Shown here: piece by piece, positions 53,332 to 61,872 of the stretch
Layout of the letters: each line of letters starts with the position of its first letter
Position numbering within the stretch: the stretch's first letter is position 1
Assembly: GCA_943787795.1 (NCBI GenBank)
Contig: CALSNU010000004.1
Span: 64,001-128,000, forward strand
Reading direction: 5' to 3'
Source: an uncultured bacterium
GTDB taxonomy: Bacteria; Planctomycetota; UBA1135; GCA-002686595
DNA: 64,000 nucleotides
The notes under the pieces: model-generated
What the model was told of the DNA's origin: nothing
What the model saw: only the letters and a program-made list of their open reading frames with translations
The model's database searches: none
Program-made: the position numbers and the translations under genes

Positions 53332-54051
53332 TCAGAGGCGAAGCTCCACGCGCCAGCTCTCCTCCTCGTTGATGAGGCCAATGGAGAAGCCGGTGATCGC
53401 TGCGCCGTTGGACATCCGAACGGGGCGCCAGGTGTCGCCCATCGGGCGATCCGAGATCCACTCCTTCTGACCCGCACGGGCGAGCTCAGCGGAGATCGAG
53501 GCCGCGCTGGAGTCCTTCCCCAGGGGGATGACGAGGTTGGCCGCGCCACGGACGGGGAGCTCGCCGGACGGACGGATCACCGTCGTGACGTCGACCCGGA
53601 GGGCTTGCTCCATCGCGCCGTCGGTGGGCGGGCGGATCGCGAGCGACGTCGGCGGCCCCTCCGCCAGGGCGATCTCAGCCCGCAGCCCGCCACCGAGACG
53701 CAGGTGGACGTACTCGGCGCTCTCGACCCAGAGGTTCCCGCTGTCCGGGGTCGCCACGGTCTTGATGCCCATGGAATTCAGGCGCCGCCCGACGAGGGTC
53801 GCCAGGTCGACCCCGGTGGTGCCGGGCGCGAGGTGGACGTGGAGGGTCAGGAAGTGGGGCTTCCCCGCCACGTTCGCCCCGATCTCGACCTCGACCAGCT
53901 GCCCGACGAAGTGGCCGGTCTTGCGCTCCTCGTCGAAGACCGTGCGATTCACCCTGCCGCCGAAGCGGAGTTGGAGGAGCCCCTCGGCTTGAACAGCGGG
54001 CGTGAGCGCGAGGAGGCAGAGGAGGGCAGCGGCGACGGATCGAAGGCTCAT
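53332..54051 (-). CDS. Hypothetical exported protein
   Basis: Signal peptide MSLRSVAAALLCLLALTPAVQA; fills the gap with typical codon bias. Confidence 0.7.
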   Translation of the reverse strand: MSLRSVAAALLCLLALTPAVQAEGLLQLRFGGRVNRTVFDEERKTGHFVGQLVEVEIGANVAGKPHFLTLHVHLAPGTTGVDLATLVGRRLNSMGIKTVATPDSGNLWVESAEYVHLRLGGGLRAEIALAEGPPTSLAIRPPTDGAMEQALRVDVTTVIRPSGELPVRGAANLVIPLGKDSSAASISAELARAGQKEWISDRPMGDTWRPVRMSNGAAITGFSIGLINEEESWRVELRL

Positions 54052-54209
54052 GGGTCGGCTCTAGAGGTTGAGATCGGACGACCTGTGGGACGGTCCGTCG
54101 ACGCCTCTCTTCCCCCCAATCCGGGAATGCGACCTCCGCTGAGCGCGCGCGCAGGCGACCTGGACCGCCACCCTCGACTGGACCCCTGGGGACAAGGGCA
54201 GGAGGGAAG

Positions 54210-54284
54210 TGGTTACCCCACCAGGACTCGAACCTGGAACGTCTGTACCAAAAACAGATGTGTTGCCAATTACACCATGGGGTA
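54210..54284 (-). tRNA. tRNA-Gln(TTG)
   Basis: TACCCCATGGTGTAATTGGCAACACATCTGTTT-TTG-GTACAGACGTTCCAGGTTCGAGTCCTGGTGGGGTAACCA; U1-A72. Confidence 0.96.
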
Positions 54285-54386
54285 ACGGGACACCAGCGAG
54301 GCCCGAGGGCGCTCGCCGGATGGCGGCCAAGAGAATAGCAGCGTCTGGCCGCGATACCAGCCCGCGCCTGACGAGATTCCGCTCCT

Positions 54387-55691
54387 CTAGATCGAGTCGG
54401 GGCCGCGGGGCGCTCGGGCCCTCGCCTGCGCCAGCAAGTGGGCCAGGGCGCGGTTGGCGGCCCAGCGCCGGACACGGGCTCGACCCAGGGGCGGCCAGCG
54501 TCGCTCCTCGGCCTCGACCGCGGGGGGGGCGCCGGCCTGGCCGCGGCTCGCGATCCCGAACCAGACCAGCCCCACGGGCTTCAGAGCGCTCCCTCCTTCG
54601 GGGCCCGCGATGCCTGTGACGGAGACCGCGACCTCAGCCCCTGAGCGCTCGAGGGCCCCCAGGGCCATCGCCCTGGCGCAGGCCTCTGAGACGGCGCCGT
54701 GCTCCTCGAGGACCCGCCTTGGGACCCCGAGTTCGGACTCCTTCGCCCCGTTGGCGTAGGTGACGAACGACCGCTCAAAGACCCCGCTGATCCCCGGAGC
54801 GCCGGTGAGCGACGCGGCCACCAGGCCGCCCGTACAGGACTCGGCCAGGCTGAAGCTGACCCCGAGGCGCCGGAGCTCCTCGCCCACGAAGGCCCCCAGG
54901 TCGTCCACGCGCTCGGCGAGGTACCGCTCGGGGAACAGAGCGCGCAGACCGTCGATGCGATCCTCGGCCATGGCCGTGGCCGCCTCGGGACTCTCGGCCG
55001 TCGCGACGGCGCGAGTGGTCAGGATCCCGTCCTTCACGGTCACCCCCACCAGCGGGTTGGCTCCCCGCTCGAGCCAGGCCCCGGCGGCCTCGGCGAAGGT
55101 GCTCTCCGGGAGGTCCACGAAGGCGGCCGACGCCCGCGCGCGGTGCAGCACGTCAGGACGGTTCTCGGCGAGCCACGGCTCCACCTCCGCGCCGAAGACC
55201 CCCTGAAGCTCCCGAGGGGGGCCAGGCAGGACGACCACGGTCGCGCCGAGGGGGTGCGAGCACCTGAAGCCGGGGGCCGTCCCGAAGGCGTTCGGGACGC
55301 GGGTGGCCCCCGTGGGCATGAGCGCCTGGCGCCGGTTGTTGTCCAGCATCGCGCGCCCCGCGCGTGTGAACCAGGCCTCGATCTCAGAGACCGCCTCAGG
55401 GCACTCCTCAAGGGGAGCGCCGGCGGCCCGCGCCACGCCGTGCCGGGTGACGTCATCGAGGGTCGGGCCCAGCCCGCCGCTCACAAAGATCAAGCCGCAG
55501 CCCGCAGCCAGCGCGTCGACCGCGCTGGCGATGTGCTCCTCATCGTCCCCCACGACGATGACCCGTTCGACCCGGCGGCCGAAATCGGCCATCCGGCTGG
55601 CCAGGTAGGGGCCGTTGAGGTCGGGGTGGGCCCCGGCGAGCAGCTCGTCCCCGACCGACACGACGCCCACCGACGCGGGGGCGACGGTCAA
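54387..55691 (-). CDS. cinA: CinA: MoCF-like domain plus PncC NMN deamidase domain
   Basis: VGDELLAG, SGGLGPTLDDVTR, GTAPG, LPGPPRE, AESCTGG, HGAVSEACA, VTGIAGP; TTG overlaps the tatC stop. Confidence 0.93.
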   Translation of the reverse strand: MTVAPASVGVVSVGDELLAGAHPDLNGPYLASRMADFGRRVERVIVVGDDEEHIASAVDALAAGCGLIFVSGGLGPTLDDVTRHGVARAAGAPLEECPEAVSEIEAWFTRAGRAMLDNNRRQALMPTGATRVPNAFGTAPGFRCSHPLGATVVVLPGPPRELQGVFGAEVEPWLAENRPDVLHRARASAAFVDLPESTFAEAAGAWLERGANPLVGVTVKDGILTTRAVATAESPEAATAMAEDRIDGLRALFPERYLAERVDDLGAFVGEELRRLGVSFSLAESCTGGLVAASLTGAPGISGVFERSFVTYANGAKESELGVPRRVLEEHGAVSEACARAMALGALERSGAEVAVSVTGIAGPEGGSALKPVGLVWFGIASRGQAGAPPAVEAEERRWPPLGRARVRRWAANRALAHLLAQARARAPRGPDSI

Positions 55692-56683
55692 GCGACGGCT
55701 CCCTCGCCCGAGAGGTCGAGGTCCGTGGACTCCGGCTCTCTCCACGAGATCCGCGCGATCCAGTAACCGATCTCCCAGAGCAGGACGGCGGGGCCGGCGA
55801 GCATGACCTGTGTCACCGGATCAGGAGGGGTCAGGATGGCGGCAACGATCAGGGTGATGACGAGCATGTGCCCGCGCAGCTTGGCGAACGTCGAGGGATG
55901 GACGACCCCCATTCGACTCAGCGCGAACTGGAAGATCGGAAGTTGGAAGACCAGCCCGAGCGCCAGGGCGAGGCCCTTCAGGAACTGCATGTACTGGTCG
56001 AGCTCCATGGTCCGGTTGATGTTGTCCAACCCCAGGTCCTGCCCCTGGAGCGCATAGAGGGCCATGGGGACGAGGGAGAAGTACCCGAAGGACACGCCCA
56101 ACACGAACAGCAAGAAGCTGGCAGGGAAGTAGCTGTAGACGACCTTCTTCTCGGCCTTGTAGAGGCCTGCGGCCACGAACATCCACACCTCCCACAGCAG
56201 GAACGGGCCCCCGATGATCAGAGACAGCCAGAAGCAGGCCTTGAGCTTCACGAAGAACGGGCCCCCCGCCTTGAAGCTCGTGGGGCTCTTCTCCATCTCC
56301 TCGCCGGAGACCAGCCGCTCCATCCTCGGCGTGCGGAAGTAGCTGCTCCACTGCAGGGTGGGCACCGCAGGCGGCGGCAAAGCGGCCCTGACCGTCGGGA
56401 GCGCCCGGGTGAGCTGCGCGCTGCTCCAGAGCGCGAGGTCAGCCATGAAGGCCTCCTCCACCTGGGCACGTCGAATCGGCACCAGCTCATCGTTGAGCCG
56501 CTGAGCGCAGTCGACGTAGGGCTTCTGGATGAAGTGAATCACCTCCACGCGGAAGGCGTAGAGCGTCGAGAACGCCACCACGAGCACGACGGTGGAGCGA
56601 ATCAGACGGACCCTCAGCTCATCGAGGTGCTCCCCGAGGGTCATCCTCGTGTCCTCGACCGGATCGTGTTCGCGCGGGTCCAT
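55688..56683 (-). CDS. tatC: Twin-arginine translocase subunit TatC
   Basis: MTLGEHLDELRVRL, EVWMFVAAGLY, GLVFQLP, AAILTPPDPV. Confidence 0.95.
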   Translation of the reverse strand: MDPREHDPVEDTRMTLGEHLDELRVRLIRSTVVLVVAFSTLYAFRVEVIHFIQKPYVDCAQRLNDELVPIRRAQVEEAFMADLALWSSAQLTRALPTVRAALPPPAVPTLQWSSYFRTPRMERLVSGEEMEKSPTSFKAGGPFFVKLKACFWLSLIIGGPFLLWEVWMFVAAGLYKAEKKVVYSYFPASFLLFVLGVSFGYFSLVPMALYALQGQDLGLDNINRTMELDQYMQFLKGLALALGLVFQLPIFQFALSRMGVVHPSTFAKLRGHMLVITLIVAAILTPPDPVTQVMLAGPAVLLWEIGYWIARISWREPESTDLDLSGEGAVA

Positions 56684-56920
56684 GGTGGCCTCCGGCGACC
56701 TTCAAGTGGAGCCGCCGAGGGGACGGAGATGCTCGGCTTTCTGCCCCTGAAGCGCCAGCGCTCGGCGCGGATAATCGCTCCCCTGCGGAGTACTCGGCGG
56801 CCTGGAACCGGCCCCGAGGACCCCCGAGTTCTGACGCCTTGGTGGAAGCCGTCCTGGGAGTCGCACCACCTCCCACGACCCGAGACCGGGGGCGTCCCCT
56901 CCCCGCTCGACACCCGTCAC

Positions 56921-56985
56921 AGCGGGCTGCCCCGACCGCGAGACTGCCCCGACCAAAGGGCTGCCCCGCACGCAGGGCTGCCCCG
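56921..56985. repeat. Four CTGCCCCG direct repeats at exact 17-bp period
   Basis: Core starts at 56927, 56944, 56961, 56978. Confidence 0.8.
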
Positions 56986-57018
56986 CGGGCCACGTCGTCA
57001 AGGTCCCCACCAATGCAA

Positions 57019-57052
57019 CGGGCGCCGGGGGCCGATTGGCCCCCGGCGCCCG
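57019..57052 (-). terminator. Hairpin downstream of coiled-coil/BRCT gene
   Basis: CGGGCGCCGGGGGCC-gatt-GGCCCCCGGCGCCCG 15-bp perfect stem. Confidence 0.65.
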
Positions 57053-57075
57053 CCGGTCCCGGAGTCGGGATTCGA

Positions 57076-58344
57076 TCAGCGCTTGAAGTACTGGAGCACG
57101 TCACGCATGGACACGATCTCCACCCCGAGATCGCGCGCCTCGCCGTAGACCGGGAGTTGGTCCACGGGCATCGGCGTGTCGAGGGGCTCTCCGTCCTCGT
57201 CATTGAAGACCGGGCCGCCGGTGATCAGGAAGTCGGTGGCGTTCGAGATTTCGCTCTGGACGTTGATACCGATCTCGGAAAAGAGCGTGCGAAGCTCGGC
57301 CTCGTTGTAGGCGCCGGAGATGTTACCGGCGAGGACCGCGTTCCGTTGCCCCTTGGCCTCGTAGAGCGGGTTGTAGATCAGGTCGCCGACCACGACCGGC
57401 TCGAAGCGATCCGCCACGTCATAGATGGCGACCTCGGCGAACTTCGGCCCGACGCTGGTGACGCGGCAGTGGGCCTTGGCATCGGAGGTGTCGGCGCCGG
57501 GGCGGCCGCTGACAATGCGGAACACGGTGCCTTCGCTGAGACGATCCGACGCGGAGAGGTTGATGAACCCGACCCCGAACTCGGCCATGACCGCGCTGAT
57601 CTCGCCGTCGGCCTTCTCGCTGCCGCGCTGCATGTCGTTGCGAAGCGAGGTCCACTGCCCGCGCTCGGCGGAGTGGTTGAGCCTGGCCTCTTCGAGGGCG
57701 CGCTCGGTGACGCGCTTGGCGTCCTCGGCGTCGGTCACCTGGGCGGTGGTGCTGTTGAGCTGCGAGCGGAGCTTGGACACGCTGTCCTCGAGGCGGCTGA
57801 TCTCGGAATCAGCGGTCTCCGAGGCGTCGCGCGCCTCCTGCTCGAGGCTGGAGATGCGCTGGTCCTTCTCCTGCTGAAGGGCGGACTTGGCGTCACGCTC
57901 GGACGAGACCTGGCCCTCGAGCTCGGCGATCCTTCCCTCGAGCGCGGCGATTTGCTGCACCTTGGTCTTGTAGGCACCGATGGCGATCGGGACGGCGTCC
58001 TCGAACGTCTTCACGCCGTCCATGTTCGGGAAGTTGCCGCTCAGCTCGCCGAGCGAAGCCTGAGCCGCCTCGAGGTTCGACGGGGTGATCGCCGCGTTCT
58101 CGCTGAAGCCGAGGAGGATCGACCGGTCAGCGAGTTCGTTGACCTTGGACAGCAGCTTCGATTCGGACTGCGACTGGGCCTTGTTGGCCGCTGCGAGTTC
58201 GTTGCGCACGGCTGACTCGGCGTCCTGCGCGACGTACCCGTAGAAGACGGCGACAAGGAGAAAGACGAACATGACGATCGACACCACGCCGACGCGGGCT
58301 GCGCCGCGACGGGACACGATCGAGTTAGAGGTGCTGGTGAGCAT
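57076..58344 (-). CDS. Single-TM coiled-coil protein with small beta-barrel and C-terminal BRCT-like domain
   Basis: TM at about aa17-38, heptad region, GEISAV...FINL...RLSEGTVFRI, VLAG...ELRTLFSEIG..VQSEISNATDFLITG...ARDLGVEIVS. Confidence 0.75.
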   Translation of the reverse strand: MLTSTSNSIVSRRGAARVGVVSIVMFVFLLVAVFYGYVAQDAESAVRNELAAANKAQSQSESKLLSKVNELADRSILLGFSENAAITPSNLEAAQASLGELSGNFPNMDGVKTFEDAVPIAIGAYKTKVQQIAALEGRIAELEGQVSSERDAKSALQQEKDQRISSLEQEARDASETADSEISRLEDSVSKLRSQLNSTTAQVTDAEDAKRVTERALEEARLNHSAERGQWTSLRNDMQRGSEKADGEISAVMAEFGVGFINLSASDRLSEGTVFRIVSGRPGADTSDAKAHCRVTSVGPKFAEVAIYDVADRFEPVVVGDLIYNPLYEAKGQRNAVLAGNISGAYNEAELRTLFSEIGINVQSEISNATDFLITGGPVFNDEDGEPLDTPMPVDQLPVYGEARDLGVEIVSMRDVLQYFKR

Positions 58345-58672
58345 GGATGTTCAGCCGGGGAGGGCACCGCGCGCGCGCGGTCTGGGCGCCGGACGGGAGG
58401 GCTGCGCCGATGAGGAGCAGTCCTGTGGGTCCGTCAGGGCCGGAGAGGGCCCATCATGAATTGGGGGGAGTAGGGTCGCCGCGGAGCCGCGGCTGTCCGA
58501 AGGTGATAACCGAGGGGCCGTCCGTGGACAAGGGCGAGCCCGGTGTAGTGTGACGCGGAGCCGGGTTTCGGCCGCCTCACCGGCGGGCCTATTGCATCGT
58601 CCCCGGCAGGTTTCCCAAGTTCTATGCCCCCGCAGCGAGGCCGGCCGCCCGGGCCAGGCCTCCCCCCCTCCC

Positions 58673-59320
58673 ATGAGCGAAGCCACCCCCTCTGAGGCCC
58701 CCACCGGGCAGCCGACCGTCATCATCGGCGTGCTGGGAGGCATTGCGTCGGGCAAGTCGACGGTTGGGAGGCTCCTCGCGGGGCCCGAGGGGGCTGTCCT
58801 CGACGCCGATGAGGTCGCCCACGGGGTCCTGCAATCCGAGGAGATACGGGACCTTGTGCTGGCCCGACACGGGACGCAGGTCCTGGATGCCCAGGGAGCC
58901 GTGGACCGGGCGGCGCTGGGCGAGCTCGTCTTTGCCGATCGGGATGCCCGGATCGAACTGGAGGGCTGGATCCACCCGAGGGTTCGTGCGACACTCCGCT
59001 CGTCGTTGGAGGACGCCGCCGCTCGCGGGGTCCCCATCGTCGTGCTCGACGTCCCGCTCCTGCTGGAACATGCCGAAGAGCACGGGCTCCTGGAGCTCTG
59101 CGATCACCTCGTCTTCGTCGACGCTCCGGCCGACGCCCGCGACCAGCGGGCGGTCCGCGACCGGGGCTGGAAACCCGGAGAAGTGGCCCGCCGCGAAGCC
59201 GCCCAGATGCCGCTCTCGACAAAGCGCGCCCGCGCTCACGTCGTGATCTCAAATGACGGCGACCTCGACTCGGTGACCTCGCAGGTCGAGCTCGCCCGGC
59301 GCCATCTCCGCGGCGCTTGA
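58673..59320 (+). CDS. coaE: Dephospho-CoA kinase
   Basis: IIGVLGGIASGKSTV, LDADEVAH, DRAALGELVF, LEGWIHPRV, LDVPLLLE, AQMP. Confidence 0.95.
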   Translation: MSEATPSEAPTGQPTVIIGVLGGIASGKSTVGRLLAGPEGAVLDADEVAHGVLQSEEIRDLVLARHGTQVLDAQGAVDRAALGELVFADRDARIELEGWIHPRVRATLRSSLEDAAARGVPIVVLDVPLLLEHAEEHGLLELCDHLVFVDAPADARDQRAVRDRGWKPGEVARREAAQMPLSTKRARAHVVISNDGDLDSVTSQVELARRHLRGA

Positions 59321-59367
59321 CGCCCCCACCCCCACGACTCTCCTCCGCGCCATCGAGCGCGGGCGCC

Positions 59368-60813
59368 ATGGCTCAGCAGCACAAGAAGAAGCGCTCCTTC
59401 AAGCAGAAGAAGCAGTACTTCAAGCAGAAGCAGACCGTCCAGAAGGGCACCGGTATCTACGTCGACTTCGACGAGGTCCCCAGGGACCTCGGTGAAGAGC
59501 AGATCGACGAGCTCTACGCGGCGCTGCCGAAGACCCGGCGAAAGAAGCACCCCGAGCGCGACTTCGTCCCGGTCCAGGGGCTCAACCTCAACGAGCTGCA
59601 CGAGCTGGCCGAGGAAGAGGAGCTCGAGGGCTTCGTCGGGCGGAATCGCCGCGACGCGCTCTGGGAGCTCGCGCGCTTCTGGATCGACAAGCACGAGGTC
59701 CTCCACGCCGAGGGCATCCTCGACGTACAGGCTGGCGGACACCACTGGCTCCGCATCAGCTCAAACGACTACATCCCGGCGATGGAGGACGTCTACGTCC
59801 CCGCCTCACTGGTAGAGAAGCACCAGCTGGAGCGCGGCATGCTCGTGCGCGGCCGAATTCGTCCCGCCGCGGAGGGCGAGAAGTTCCTCGGCATCCACAC
59901 CGTGGAATCCGTGGACAACCACGACCCGGAGGAGGTCCTCGGCCGCGCCCCCTTCAAGGAGCTGGTCCCGATCTACCCCGACGAGCGCGTCATCCTGGAG
60001 GGCACCTCCGAGAACCCGCTCGAGATGCGGATCTGCGACCTGGTCACCCCCATCGGTCTGGGCCAGCGCGGCCTGATCGTGGCGCCGCCCCGGACCGGCA
60101 AGACGGTACTGCTCCACATGCTGGCCAAGTCGATGGTTCACTCCAACCCGCGGGCCAAGCTCATGATCCTCCTCGTGGATGAGCGGCCGGAGGAGGTCAC
60201 CGACTTCACGCGGTCCATCCACGGTGAGAACGTGGAGGTCATCAGCTCGACGTTCGATGAGCCCGCGGCGCGCCACCTTCAGGTGGCCGAGATGGTCATC
60301 GAGAAGGCCAAGTGCCTGGTGGAGGCCGGCGAGGACGTCGTCATCCTGCTCGACTCGATCACCCGCCTCGCGCGGGCCGCCAACGTCGAGGCCCCGAGCA
60401 ACGGAAAACTCCTCTCCGGCGGCCTCGAGGCCACCGCCCTGGCCTTCCCCAAGCGCTTCTTCGGCGCGGCGCGGAACATCGAGCACGGCGGCTCCCTGAC
60501 GATCCTCGGCACCGCGCTGATCGAGACCGGCAGCAAGATGGACGAGGTGATCTTCGAGGAGTTCAAGGGCACCGGCAACATGGAGATCGTCCTGGACCGG
60601 CGCCTCTCCGACCGGCGCATCTTCCCCGCCATCGACATCAACCGCTCGGGTACACGGAAGGAGGAGCTCCTCTTCACCCCCGAGGAGATCGAGCGCGTGT
60701 GGATGCTCCGCAAGGTGCTCAACGAGCTCGACCCGGTGGAGGCCATGGAGATGCTCATCGCGAAGATGAGCAAGACCTCGGTCAACGCCGAGTTCTTGAT
60801 GACGGTGGGCTGA
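59368..60813 (+). CDS. rho: Transcription termination factor Rho
   Basis: PIGLGQRGLIVAPPRTGKT, LVDERPEEVTD, LLDSITRLARA, PKRFFGAARN, EEFKGTGNME, SGTRKEELL. Confidence 0.98.
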   Translation: MAQQHKKKRSFKQKKQYFKQKQTVQKGTGIYVDFDEVPRDLGEEQIDELYAALPKTRRKKHPERDFVPVQGLNLNELHELAEEEELEGFVGRNRRDALWELARFWIDKHEVLHAEGILDVQAGGHHWLRISSNDYIPAMEDVYVPASLVEKHQLERGMLVRGRIRPAAEGEKFLGIHTVESVDNHDPEEVLGRAPFKELVPIYPDERVILEGTSENPLEMRICDLVTPIGLGQRGLIVAPPRTGKTVLLHMLAKSMVHSNPRAKLMILLVDERPEEVTDFTRSIHGENVEVISSTFDEPAARHLQVAEMVIEKAKCLVEAGEDVVILLDSITRLARAANVEAPSNGKLLSGGLEATALAFPKRFFGAARNIEHGGSLTILGTALIETGSKMDEVIFEEFKGTGNMEIVLDRRLSDRRIFPAIDINRSGTRKEELLFTPEEIERVWMLRKVLNELDPVEAMEMLIAKMSKTSVNAEFLMTVG

Positions 60814-60840
60814 CTCCTGGTGACGGCGGGCTGAGCCGCG

Positions 60841-61872
60841 TCACAGGTCCATGGGCGCGGCCCCGCTGAGGGTCGCGCGCGACTCGGCCATCTCGCCGAG
60901 TCGATCCATGGCGAGGGCCATGCCCTCCAGGGTCTCTCGATCGCCGGTCAGCCCCGCCTCGAGGGCGGTGCGCCAGAGGCTGACGAGGTGCTCCGCGGCG
61001 TCGGTGCGCGTGGAGAGGTGCTTCCAGCGCAGCAGCAAGCGATTGCGGGCCCTGAGGGCCCGGGCGGCTGGTGCCTCGAGAACGTCCGGCACGCCGTCTC
61101 CAAGATCGAGGTGGAGCGCCTCGGCGCCGAGCACCTCCACCAGGCTCCGGCCTCGGCGGCGGGCGCACAGCGAGAGGTCCACATCCTCGAGGGTTGCCGG
61201 GCCGAAGAGCCGATCGAACCCGCCGAGATCGAGGAACTCTCCGCGGCGCACGAGCACAGCGGCAGAGGGGAGCACCTCGAGGTCGATCACCCGCTGGCCC
61301 CCCACGGCCCTCGCAGGCCGAGCATCCTCGGCGGGATCGCCGACCTCACGGACCCGGAGCCAGTCGTCCTCGAGGTGAACGATGCGAGCAGGGACGCGAA
61401 CCGGCGCCGTGTCGGAGGCTGTGTCGGAGGCGGTGTCGGGGCCCGTGGGCCTCAGGAGCCTTGGCGAAGCAGCGAAGATCGTGGGTTCGGCGTGGAGCAC
61501 CTCGAGCAAGGCCGCGACCCCGTCGGCGTCGATGAGCACGTCGTCATGCAGCGCGAGCAGGAGCGCCCCCCGGGCATCCCGCGCGCCACGCATCACCGCC
61601 GGGGCGAAGCCAAGGTTGCGTTCGGTGCGCACGATCCGGATCGAGACCTCGCGGGACGCCGGGTCGAGGGTCGAGAGGATCTCCGGGAGCGAAGCTTCGG
61701 CCGCCCCGACCCCGGAGTCATCCACCACCACGATCTCCGCCTCGCCACCGGAAGGAGTCCGGGCGCCAAGCTCTACGAGCGCCTCACAGAGCGCGGGAAG
61801 CGAGCGTGGGAGCCGCTCCTGACTCCCCAGCGTGGGGAGCACGAGGGAGAGGTTCAGCTTCGATTTCCTCAT
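60841..61872 (-). CDS. Glycosyltransferase family 2
   Basis: LSLVLPT, EIVVVDD, NLGFAPA, LHDD, LGGFD, EDVDLSL. Confidence 0.88.
   Translation of the reverse strand: MRKSKLNLSLVLPTLGSQERLPRSLPALCEALVELGARTPSGGEAEIVVVDDSGVGAAEASLPEILSTLDPASREVSIRIVRTERNLGFAPAVMRGARDARGALLLALHDDVLIDADGVAALLEVLHAEPTIFAASPRLLRPTGPDTASDTASDTAPVRVPARIVHLEDDWLRVREVGDPAEDARPARAVGGQRVIDLEVLPSAAVLVRRGEFLDLGGFDRLFGPATLEDVDLSLCARRRGRSLVEVLGAEALHLDLGDGVPDVLEAPAARALRARNRLLLRWKHLSTRTDAAEHLVSLWRTALEAGLTGDRETLEGMALAMDRLGEMAESRATLSGAAPMDL

Noticed and set aside
54052..54063. TAGAGC-N6-ATG as a further leaderless promoter
   Set aside because: Lacks the conserved final T; not counted
54060..54290. tRNA-Gln as integration site of an island
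   Set aside because: No integrase, no duplicated tRNA 3' end seen, no compositional shift
56921..56985. CRISPR array
   Set aside because: 8-bp core and 9-bp linkers are far too short
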